A stretch of DNA of 64,000 nucleotides from Octopus sinensis (lineage: Eukaryota), in NCBI RefSeq assembly GCF_006345805.1, contig NC_043009.1, forward strand, positions 5,332,001 through 5,396,000, read 5' to 3'. Positions within the stretch are counted from its first letter, which is position 1. Every line of letters begins with the position of its first letter. The translations under genes were made by a program, and so were the position numbers. Below, piece by piece: positions 51,765-64,000 of the stretch. Below the pieces are notes generated by a model. It was not told the origin of the DNA. It saw only the letters and a list, made by a program, of their open reading frames with translations, and made no database searches.

Positions 51765-53032
51765 ATATATATATATATATATATACTTATATTAAAGCTG
51801 CAGCTAGAAGTTTAAGGTTCCCTTTCGTCAGACAGATGTAATCAATATAATCATATTACGCTAGCTTACGTCATCGAGTTATATTTTTTCCTCACTTCAA
51901 ACATAGTAAATATTTTGATACAAATAAAATTTAAATGAACATATATTAACGTCAAATAAAATACCATATATATAAGGGGTTCCTACACATGTTTCAATCT
52001 GGTCATTATGTAAACAGTACTTCGGAATATTCGAACCATGTTAATAGTTTTAGACGTAAAATATTACAACAAATTGACCAGGTGTCATCAGGGCTATATA
52101 ATTCAAAAGACTAAAGCTTAAATATTTTCCACAGGAATATAAGGTGGTGGTAAAGAGCTTTCTAGAGAAGTTGGACGATGACTAGATATTCATATGTTGA
52201 GTATCTATGTAATGTAAACATTAGTTTGTGAGAAAAAAAAGAGGGGTCACCGATTAAGTAAGAGTGGGAGGTATTAGCTCATCAAAATTTTCTAAAAACC
52301 TTTTCTAGGATTTTAAAAGAAGACGGTTATGTGTTTAGATGGACAGTATCCAACCATTGAATAGAATATATAAATGTTTAAGGGTTGTGAGAGACATAAT
52401 GTAATTAGGAAGCAATATTGTGTATTCGTTAAGTAAAAAGATTGAATTAAAGAAGAAAAATAAGAAATAGGGAGGGATGCGAAACGAAATTTTAAAAATT
52501 GATAATATAGAAAGAAAAAAATTGCTTGGGGAAGAAATAACGAAATGAGATTATTGTGAAACCAATAAGTGATTAGAAAGATATAATAAAAAGTGTATGT
52601 GCAGATTTTAATATCTATTATAAATTATTGCCTAAGACGGAATAAGCTATATTTTATACTTAGGTAACTATGGACAGGAAATGAATTAAATAAATTATTT
52701 TCCCTCCTTTTCTTATTGTAATAATTGTATGTTAGACTGTTTATCCTTATATATTGAGACGATTCTCCCAATATATCAATGATAACACCAGTTGATTTCT
52801 GGATTTTATATATCCGCAACTGAATATATATAGAGATAGATAGATAGATATATACATACATACATAAATAAATAGATAGCTATGTATGTATGTATGGACA
52901 GCTGATGAAGGGGAATATTCCTTGTATTGTTTGTCTTGTACTCTGTTTTTTCGTTGTTTAAAAAGTCGTTACCTAGTTTTTATGTTTTCGTTTCTGGTTG
53001 AGTTCTACGTTTATTTGTGGTGTCCAGTACTC

Positions 53033-53108
<76 letters not shown>

Positions 53109-53176
53109 TGTATATATATACATGTAGATGTAGGTACGTACATATATGTATGTATGTATGCATATATTTATTTATT

Positions 53177-53242
<66 letters not shown>

Positions 53243-53553
53243 TATTTTTTTTGCTTTTATTTGCCGGTGGACCACCTTGTAAGGATTTAGTTGAAGAAAT
53301 TGATTCTAGGACTTATTCTTTGCAAACGTGGAATTTATTCTATTATTGTCTTTTGACGAACTGCTAATTTACGGAGATTCGCTTTTTCTCTCGTAAAGAT
53401 TTATGAATGTAGTTCCTTATGTTGGGCAATGGTGAGTGAGGGGACAACTGTGGAGGGAGGTGTTTGTGTAGGGCACACGAGTGTGTGGTTGATCGTACCT
53501 ATTAGTGTGGTTGTGACCGTTCTGTGAGCGACTGTATATGTTCGTATATATGT

Positions 53554-53589
<36 letters not shown>

Positions 53590-53789
53590 ATGCCTGAGTG
53601 TTCATTTCTGCATATGCGTTCCCGTGTGTGTGTGTGTGTTTGTGTGTGTACGTGCACACTTGCGTGTGTGCGGTGTAGCTAGTTCTTTGAATGGGTAAAC
53701 ATCGGTGAGTATGTCAGCGTGTGTGTCTTCACGTGTGAATGTATGATGTGCGTGTGTAAAGGTGTGCCCTTGTATGTTATCCGTGTTCT

Positions 53790-54150
<361 letters not shown>

Positions 54151-54428
54151 AAGGTGTGCTTCAGTATGACCGTTTGTTAATTAATAAGGCATTAAAACAG
54201 AATGTTTCTCGCAGAGACAATAATATACGCTATATATATATATATATATATATATATAACATATATATATATATGTGTGTGTGTGTGTGTATGTGTGTGT
54301 GTGTGAGTGTGTATGTATATACATATTACGACATGATTCTTTCCATTTTTTTCTCCCAGATCAGCTCACAAGTATTTGGTCAATCTGGGACTATTGTAAA
54401 AGACACCTGCCGAAACTGCTACGGAGTA

Positions 54429-55587
54429 GGACTGAACCCAGTACCATGCAGTTAGGAATCAATCTTCTTACCGCGTATTTACGTTTGCGCCTTCTTTGTA
54501 AACGTATAACTATTTGTATCTATTTGTTTACTTCTGCGTATGCATGTATTTTGTTATTGTTCGGTGTTGCATTTGATATGTAACATTTTTATCACACAGT
54601 GTATTAATTTGCAACTCTCTCTCTCTCTCTGAGACATCGTGGCCTAATTATCTATAAATTACGTTGTAGTCTAGGCCGAAAATCTTTCAAGTGTTGACAT
54701 TGGCCTAAACAACAAGCAGACAGGTGTCTACAAATCCCATATCAATATTCACTTTACATCTAGGAGAAATTGATAGTCTACAGATGTGAGTTAATTTCAT
54801 CTTGTCAAATATTTAACGTGAACCTACTGTCAGATAGTAACACTTTGCTGGCAAAATTCCATTTGTATCAACCATGATAACTTTATCTGTTAAGGTTGTC
54901 TATTATGAACTATTTATTACACGATTTGATCTTCAAGATTATCGACAGACATGTTACAGACAACATTGTTTCTGTAAGATAGCTCTGGCAATTTCGCAAC
55001 CAGTTAGGAAAGTGTTTGATTGCCAGAATAATCAACTACAAAAGCGTAATTTTATTCTCGAATAATGCCATTGTTTGTAGCCTGATTCACTATAATATTA
55101 TTATTGTGGTTCATTTTCACTTCTTCGCAAGAGATCGTGAATAGCCATTCTCTACATGCGTTTCTGTCGCTGTTTCCTAATCTCTCTGTCGCACTGACAG
55201 TGTTTACTGCCATTGCTATGACAGTAATTTGTTTCGGTCGTTCAAATTTAACCGTAATTGCCATGTTTAATATTGTTTATATGAAACGTGTTTCTTGTTA
55301 GAACTAAAATACTCATGTATTTGATTATTCCATACTCTCTTTTACTCTTTTACTCTTCTATTTCTTTCAGTCATTTGACAGCAGCGAAGATGGAGCACCG
55401 CCTTTAGTAGAGCAAATCTACCCCAGGACTTATTATTTGTAAGTCTGGTACTTATTCTATCGGTCTCTTTTGCCGAACCGCTAGCTTACGGGGACGTAAA
55501 CACACCAGCATCGCTTGTCAAGCGATGTTGGGGCGACAAACACAGACACACAAACGCACACACACACACACACACATACACACACAC

Positions 55588-55627
<40 letters not shown>

Positions 55628-56385
55628 CACATATACATATACATATATACGACTTGCTTCTTTTCAGTTTCCGTCTACCAAATCAACTCACAAGGCTTCG
55701 GTACACCCGAGGCTATACAATAAGACACTTGACCAAGGTGCCACGCAGTGGGACTCAACCTGGAACCATGTGGTTGGTAATCAAGCTACTTACCACACAG
55801 ACACTCCTAGCAAAACTTCATTTGGATACAGAAATTCTTGAAGAATATATATGATACATAATTTTTGGACTGTTCTGATTACGAAATTTCCCTAGAAAAG
55901 AGCGATGAAATGCAACATTCAGCAGCTGTCAGATATCATTCCTCCAATCAAGAATACGAATACATGGAATTGTATATGTGTGTATGTATGTATGTATGTA
56001 TGTATGTATGTATGTATGTATGTATGTATGTATGTATGTATCTATGTATGTATGTAGTTTCAAGTTAAATATTTGACAAGATGAAATTAACTCACACCTG
56101 TAGACAATCAATTTCTCCTAGATATAAAGTGAATATTGGTATGTGATTGTAGACACCTGTCTAATTATTGTTTAGGCAAACGTCAGTGCTTGGAAGACAT
56201 TTTGGACTAGACTACAACGTAATTGATAGATAATTATGCCACGATGTCTGATACCATCTTAGAAGTTAATACACTGTGTGAGAAAAGTGTGACATAATAA
56301 ACGCAGACTATTTCCAAAGAAGGTGCAATCGTCGATGCGTGGTAAGAGGCTTCCTTTGCAACCGCATGGTACTGGGTTCAATCCC
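54429..56385. repeat. Inverted duplication (arms 54429-54827 and 56054-56385)
   Basis: Inner ~240 bp align well as reverse complements; outer parts align with a ~60-bp indel and include a SINE head. Confidence 0.85.
55333..55808 (-). mobile_element. Full-length SINE family B
   Basis: Reverse complement of the 17231-17583 family with ~100-nt internal CA/TA microsatellite. Confidence 0.85.
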
Positions 56386-56582
56386 ATGCATATATGTATA
56401 TATAAGTATTTGTATGTATGTGTGTATGCATGCATACATAGATAGACACATACCTGTAGTATCCATGTGTAGGAAAAGAATATAGAACAGGATAATATCC
56501 ATGACAAAGGATACAAAAATGCTCCTGGAGTTCTTGAAACTGGACGCGTATGTATATTATGTATATATCTACATGTTTATCT

Positions 56583-56629
<47 letters not shown>

Positions 56630-56675
56630 TATCTATATATATATCTATCTATCTATCTATATCTATCTATCTATC

Positions 56676-56706
<31 letters not shown>

Positions 56707-56761
56707 ATCTATCTATATATCTATCTATCTATCATCTATCTATCTATCTATCTATATATAT

Positions 56762-56808
<47 letters not shown>

Positions 56809-56859
56809 CTAACCACTACACATACTTTACTTTCTCTCCTTGTTTTTTTTTCTGCGTTC

Positions 56860-56895
56860 CTTTCTGTAGAAGAGCGTAGGTTCGAAACGTTAAAG
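56860..56895 (+). ncRNA. Minimal hammerhead-like motif with variant core
   Basis: CTTT-CUGUAGA-A-GAGC-GUAG-GUUC-GAAACGUU-AAAG: 4-bp stem I, 4-bp stem II, palindromic AACGTT stem III; A6 replaced by U and one extra A. Confidence 0.45.
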
Positions 56896-57995
56896 ATTCT
56901 TCACTTCCCCCAGCGTAAAACTAATACATTTGTTTGTTGTCTACACCACCTGTCTTCGTCATTTGTTGTTTTTTTTGTGAATTCTTCCCTATGTATGTAT
57001 GTATGCAATAATTAGAACGTTAGAATATAAAATGTACAGCGTGAGTGACAACTCTTAGCAGTCATAGTAGTTAAATACAAATTGATGCGCCCGAATAATA
57101 TAACCGTCTAAAGAAACACACGTGCGCACCCAGGCACGTACACACGTACACGTCTGCATGTGCTTGCGCGTATGAGTGGAGTTCTATATGTTTGTATGTG
57201 TGTACGTGTGCAGACAGGCATGTACAGTTATATACATCTATTTGGGATTGGATACAAATGTAAACGGTTAAATTGCAATAAAAAATATAGACACATAACA
57301 GCTGCCCTTATGAATGCGCCAATCTACGTATAGAATTTTGGGAATGGGCTTATGGTGTGGTTTTGTTTTATTGGTGTATGTACTTAAAGTTTCGGACGGA
57401 AAGTTTACTTGCTTGCAACATGAAATGAGCTGTTTTTGCGTTGAACATAATGTGAAGGCTAAAGAGGATCACACTTTCGATCCCTGACATGGAGAGTGAC
57501 CATCATTTGGAAGCTGGTTTGTAATATTGTTTCTACACTGAATGTTGCAGTCATTTAATGTTCAAACGTCATTCGTTCGTCTATTATATAAATTTTGCAT
57601 CTCCAAAATAGAACCGTACTCATATATCTAGATTTTAATCAAAATAGATTTTACCATATATTTACCTACCATCAACACTCGTATACGCTGTCTACATTAA
57701 GTGCTACTTGTAAAACAAGAAATATAGAAACAAACCTTGGAAAACATCCCAGGCGCTCAGTCACACACAGCCTGAACACTTTCAATCCGTACTTATAGCC
57801 TCTCAGTATATCTATTTCTAAAATATTACTCGAAACGAATTTTCCTGAACTCTGAAGAATCCAATCGTCACCATGTGGCAGTCACTAATTCCAACAATAT
57901 ATTGTTGTACAGCGAAGTTATTGGCTTCTGTCATTCAAGCAGTGCATAATATTTCCATACAAAATATACATAGACACATGAAACACTCACCCCCA

Positions 57996-58038
<43 letters not shown>

Positions 58039-58108
58039 AAAGATAGGTAGGTACAGATATACATGTAAACTTGCACATGTATATGTATGTATATATGTAT
58101 ATGTATGC

Positions 58109-58143
<35 letters not shown>

Positions 58144-59453
58144 AACACACACATGTATTTGTATGTATATATATCCATACATACATACATATATTTACAT
58201 ACATACGTACAGTCATACATATATACAGTCATGCATATAAATTCTTGTCTGTATCTAGATGTGCACTTTTAAATGAAAGCGAGTGGAAATAGTTTGAACA
58301 TTATTTTCTGAATAAAGAAGATACGTCTGTTATTTCCGAGAATTAAATTTGCATCAAATGCATTAAAAAGTGTTTTATTTGTTTTAAAGCTATTATTCTA
58401 CCATTGTGGTCATAATGTAACATTTAAAGGAAGCGGATGGCTATGCCGCATAAAAATGAATCAATATATGAGTAGAACTAGTTTTATACAATTTCATTAT
58501 ATCAACATATCATTGTTTCTTCTACGTTTTATAGAATCGGAAAGAGAAAACAGAAATATAGAGTGTAATGGGCGATGAAAGAAATAGAAAACGAGAACAG
58601 AAGAAGAGCGAATGAGGATGAAAAAGAAATGGAAAACATATCGAAAACCTGTAGGGTTAAAAATAAAAATATAGCTGAAATAATATAAACCAAGCGTATA
58701 ATAAAGGTTTCGCAGAATTTGAAATGTCAGTCCTTATGTGAGTCATTTCTGCAAATACACTTGACATTCTCAGACAATTCCGAACCAAATCATTCTAAAC
58801 TCAACTATGAACATTGATATAAATTTGTTTATACTTTGTTGAACACTTGTTGGGTTCAATATACGTTTTAATCCTTCAATTCTTTCTCTTCAAACCTATC
58901 TATCAATATTTTTCATATCATTTCATGTCTATGTTTCTATATATTATATTTGAATGTTTTACGAATTTTAACTGGTTTAGCATAAATAACTTACTCGCTA
59001 AATCCTTTGCACACATCCGCATTGTCTGTTATATAAACTTGGTAATATACTTCGAAAATTGTTAATACGAATTCTGATATATATCATTTATTGCTTCGTG
59101 TATATCTCATGTATTTTATGCTCTGTTATAAACATGTATAAAATAATCAAATATCTGTGCGTGTTTTGGGTTTTGTATGTATTAATACTCGTTTCTATTT
59201 CAAATGGAGAGCATGAAATTTTAGCATTAAGCTGAAACTCAATACTGTTTTAGTAGAGTGCATATTTAAAACCTTTTACAAGGTAGGTCGATAATAACTT
59301 CCAAAATTTCGAATTGCTTGCCTACACCAATCATCCGAAACTTTAAAGTCAGTGTCACCTCTCTCTTCTCACAAGGTGAGAGACAGTGGTTTAGGAGATT
59401 CAGTTGGCTAGCCTTCGGGTCGGCCCCCGTCAGTAATATGAGGGATATTTTAA

Positions 59454-59686
59454 GGCGGCGAGCTGGCAGAAACGTTAGCACGCCGGGCGAAATTCTTAAC
59501 GGTATTTCGTCTGCCGCTACGTTCTGAGATCAAATTCCGTCGAGGTCGACTTAGCTTTTCATCTTTTCGGGGTCGATTAAATAAGTACCAGTTACGCACT
59601 GGGGTCGATGTAATCGACTTAATCCTTTTGTCTGTTCTTGTTTGTCCCCTCTATGTTAGCCTCTTGTGGGCAATAAAGAAATAAGT
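59454..59686 (+). mobile_element. Full-length SINE family A
   Basis: Close match to 9413-9647; possible eroded TSD AGTAATATG on both sides. Confidence 0.9.
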
Positions 59687-60279
59687 AATATGGGAAATAT
59701 CAACATATGCAGGTGTATCAAATAGCATACAACATAAATTTGGGTTTTGTTATAACTATCTCCAACACGAGACGATATGTCACATATACCAAATACCAAC
59801 AAGAACAGCTCGCACTAAGAATCTATTCTCAAGAATCTATTCTCAAGATATACTCTCAAGAATCAAGAATTCTTCAATGAAAACGCTGTAAAGCAAGAAG
59901 GCAGCAATATTGACTGATAGTAAGTGAGCAGTCAAATTTGTTTTTTTCTACCTCGATAGGCGTCTTCAACATTACGTGCCTTTACAAACCAAGCCACACA
60001 CACGCACGCACACATATGTATATATGTGTAAAAAGAATAAAACAGATTTATGGAATGAAATAAAGAATAGAAATGAACAAAATGGCGTGACTGAGCGTGC
60101 AGTGCCGTGTATCGGATTATAAATGCTATATTTCGTTTCGTTCCAATAGTATTTGTATTAATATGAATGCGTCATAAATATTTATCGTTTTCCTTGTTTT
60201 ACTCCTCCTCTAGAAATTGTCATAACATTTTTTTTTTATAAACCCGAATAATATATAATCTCTTTGGAGACATATAAAG

Positions 60280-60810
60280 ATGGAGAACCAAGTAGAAAAA
60301 GAAACGAGCATTTTTGACCTCCGCTATTTTGTAGTGTCACCGAAATTTCAATCCATTCAAAACGTTTTATTCTTATTGAAAAAACTGCAGAAAAATGCTT
60401 TTCACACTTCAAAAATTGCTCAAGTTCCGACCTATTTGATCAGTTAAGAGAAATTCGATATACTGAGTACGTCTACTAGTGATTTCGCGCTGCTGGTCGG
60501 GATGTTCTCAATCAATTGACGATGCAGTTGAATAGACCAGACCAATAACACGGTGTGCATTCTTCAACACTACAATGCTCACCAGCAAAAGTGGTATTCA
60601 AAAGCTTAGTTGGGAAATTGTACCACACAAACCATATTCCATTGACATAGAGCCGACATATTATCACCTCCAAAAGTCAGGGAGGTGACTTAGAGCCGAA
60701 AACATATCTCGATGAATTCTTCAAGTCAATATTTGGTGGTTTCTCCCGACAAGACATTGATAATTTATCAAGTAGTCGGAATCGTTACAGGCGAATATAT
60801 TATTGATTGG
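60280..60810 (+). pseudogene. Degenerate internally deleted mariner transposase
   Basis: MENQVEK/NEHF, EKTAEKCFSHFKN, ILQHYNAH, LSWEIVPHKPYSIDIEPTYYHL, KTYLDEFFKS. Confidence 0.75.
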
Positions 60811-60849
60811 TGTTAAATTGTTGATGCAAAGTAATGATCAGCGATCTGG

Positions 60850-61500
60850 AGCATTTAACGACTTGGATAAAGACTCCTGTGCCTAATAATTTAACGGACA
60901 AAAATGCAATGCCCTCATTCCAATCTGTTATTCCCCGCTCAAACGCAACAAATTGACCCGTTTTTGAAAAGAACGATCACAGGATATAAAAAAACCGATT
61001 GCTTACAACTATGAGGAGTGAAAAAATTTGAGGAGAATAGGAAATGAACTACCTTGAATAGATCTAAAATGCGGTCAGTATGCGAAGAAGCGTGCAATAA
61101 GAATGGAAACGTTTATTACAAGCGCTTTCTGCAAAATAAAACGTTGAATTCAGATAAATATTGTTCTACTTGAGACCAATTGATGGGGGAAATCGATGAA
61201 AAAGTCCCGAATTGACCGGTCAGAATTATGATGTCTTCTCTAGGACATTACTAGACTTCATGCTCTTCCTGTAGCTAGAACTTGATACCTTGCACGATGT
61301 ACTCAGCTGTCTTTTCACATTCGGATAACCATTTAGTTTGATCCGGAAAAAAATTCGCTTATTTTGAAGACCTAAATCTATTTTAGACCACCTCATGACC
61401 TATAAATAAGCCAAGATCTGAGAAGATAATCACATGAAGCCGCCTTAATGATGGCAAAAAGTTATGAAATAAAATGGGACATATATGGTTGAATCAAATT
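60850..61500 (+). pseudogene. Second degenerate mariner transposase (WVPHEL region to C-terminus)
   Basis: VPNNLTDKNAM, PFLKRTITG, NKTLNSDKYCS..IDEK.P, WQKV-like C-terminal remnant. Confidence 0.7.
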
Positions 61501-62162
61501 TTGTGCAAATAACTAAACATTGTCTTTGGGTTTTAATTGAAAACTACGAACAATTGTTCCAAAAAACATATCTTGTTCTCTATTTGTCTTCAACAAAGTT
61601 TCACCCTTCCCAATTTGACAAATACTTTAGAAATATTAAACTTATGTTCTGTAGTATATCTGTCCATAAGTTATGGAATTGCACCTTACAGAGGCGGAAC
61701 TGTAATATATAATATATTCTATTTGTAGAATTTTGCTTCACAATTATAGAGCTGTTACGTATGTATGTTAGTAATCCTGCGAATGTCAGCAAATCATTGA
61801 AATTGTCTACGTAGTTTGTTTCAAATTTAGCAATCTATATAATTCAGTTTTCTTTGACTACTTCATTTTTTGTTTATTCTCATTCACTCAGTGATTCTAT
61901 TATCCTTGTGACGGAATAAGAAATTTACTCACAATCAATTATAATTAGTTAACCAAAAAAAAATGTTTGTTTTATGGCTGAGGGTAGAACGTTCAATTGA
62001 AAGAAAAGAGAGAAGATAAAATGCTATATTTTATAATCGATTATTTCAATGAGTTAGCAGACGGAAAAACTATAAATATGTCTCTTCAATTTAAAAATGT
62101 AACTTCTCTTTATTTTTGCTTAACGTGTAAAGAAATCTTATTTAAAAGAAATAAGAAGAATT

Positions 62163-62185
62163 ACAATAATAATAATAATAATAAC

Positions 62186-62247
<62 letters not shown>

Positions 62248-62270
62248 TAATAATAATGATAATAATAATA
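62163..62270. repeat. (AAT)n microsatellite
   Basis: Directly visible. Confidence 0.95.
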
Positions 62271-63659
62271 AAGCAACACAATACAACAAATCACAACGAA
62301 ATAATTCGTAAATTCTTGTTAAAAAAGTAATTCCTTTATGCTTTCACAGTGGCAATACATAACAATTACATGTCAAAATACTACATTAAATTTATGGAGA
62401 TAAAAAGAGAATTGAAGGATACGTTTTAGATTTAAATAAAATATAATGTTAGAGAGAGAGAAAAAATGGGAATAAAACAAAATATAATTCGGTGGTAATC
62501 ATTTAATTTTGATTGAATTTTGCATATTGCAAGCAGGAAACAGTCGTAAATTTGTTCTTAAACAGTAGCAGCAAACCGTGTCTGTAGACATTCATACATA
62601 CATATACGCACACATATACACACATATACAAATATGTAGTATGTGAGTATATGTGTATATATATACACATATGTATACATATATATACACAGCTATATAC
62701 TATAAATGCATATTTGTATGTACATACACATATGTATGAATTTATATATATATGGCACGTATATATTCTATGCGTGTATACGTGTGTGCGTGTGTCTATA
62801 TGTGTGTATCCATGATAGTGTGCGTGCAAGTGTGTATAGGTATTGTTTGCATGTGTGATATATATGTGTAAGACGCGTATGTACACACATATTTATTGTT
62901 CTGGCAAGAAGAATTAATATTATAATACATAATATAGTATAAATCTTATGAGTTAGATATATTCATAAAGGAGTAAAAATCAATATATATTACAAGGAAT
63001 GTTTTTGAAAACCGAGTAAGAAAAGTACAGAACTATAATTTAAAGGATTTGGCGCAATGCAGTATAATTATCTTACTAATTACAATGTAATTGTGTTAAA
63101 AGTTGAAACTTTCTGTTGGTGTATATTATTTTGTTTTAGTAAACATTTTTAAAATATAAATTTGAATGATGTGAAAATGTCGTCGGGAAATTTCGATTTA
63201 GATGCCGCAGTTTAGTCAATTGCTTTCATGATGTAAATGTAAGCCAGATAGCAATTAACTAGTAATTTTGTAAAGAACGTATGACAATGCTAGAAATTTT
63301 ATTTCATTTGGTATACTTTTGAAAAGATTCAAGCTAACGGGGAACAGGTAAAGGATCTGTGTCCTGTCTGCGACAGCGCCTCTTGTGTCGTTATTGTTGA
63401 TTAACTCGTCATATATTTTAACTGTACAATAAAACTCAAGTGCTAATGCCATCACTATTCGCAACGAACTATTGGAAACAAAGCTATATATCCTTTATGC
63501 TAAGCGAATGATACCTAAGTCAACCTGCAATCAGACATGATACGAACATAATCCATAATAATTTAGTATTAACATAGATATAGATTCTTCTTAATTTCCA
63601 GTATAATTTTAAAGATGATATTGCATATTTCAGACAGCGAGAGTGCAGAATTGTCATCG

Positions 63660-63810
63660 TAGTAGACAAAACACTTTTAGTTTCTGATTTAAAATTCCGC
63701 CTGGGTCGACATTGCCTTTCATCCTTTCGGACTCGATAAAACAAGTATCAGTTCAAAACTCGGTCCAATGATTTTGACTTGGGACCTTCGCTGTAATTGC
63801 CGGCCTTGTG
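63660..63810 (+). mobile_element. Degenerate SINE family A
   Basis: TTCTGATTTAAAATTCCGCC...TGCCTTTCATCCTTTCGGACTCGATAAAACAAGTATCAG. Confidence 0.65.
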
Positions 63811-64000
63811 TGATAATTTAAAAGCAATATTATATTGTTTAGGGATATATCTACTTAATTCTTTGGCGTTTATACATTCCTGAAGTTGAAATTGCAAACC
63901 ATAAAATATAAATTTGTATATAAGATTGCATATGAAAAGTGAAATACAATAAAACAGTGACAAAATATAGCTCTATAAATGTGTAACTATAATATCAATC

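Overview
AT-rich, microsatellite-saturated eukaryotic DNA with no confidently recognisable host gene. The SINE families and repeat landscape look like an octopus/cephalopod genome; this is inferred from remembered repeat consensus, not from a search. Almost all interpretable signal is mobile DNA. (1) The centrepiece is a young, 5'-truncated Penelope-like retroelement (PLE) at 11688-16348. It has ~1.73 kb inverted arms around a ~1.05 kb RT spacer, a YRDD RT and a C-terminal GIY-YIG endonuclease. Its 3' UTR folds into a complete type I hammerhead ribozyme. A 656-bp non-coding relative at 29741-30396 has the same ribozyme, nearly the same inversion end-point, the same ~150-nt unpaired tail and the same (TA)n flanks. 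(2) A Dong/R4-type RLE LINE sits between two (TAA)n arrays (20789-23093). (3) Other elements are a degenerate second PLE lineage, a Tx1/L1-like fragment, five Tc1/mariner relics (one with intact TIRs), a Helentron-like non-autonomous element, a ~265-bp foldback element in (TA)n, a ~400-bp inverted duplication, several further hammerhead-like motifs and at least four tRNA-type SINE families. All alignments and folds were done by eye, so boundaries given as ~ are approximate.
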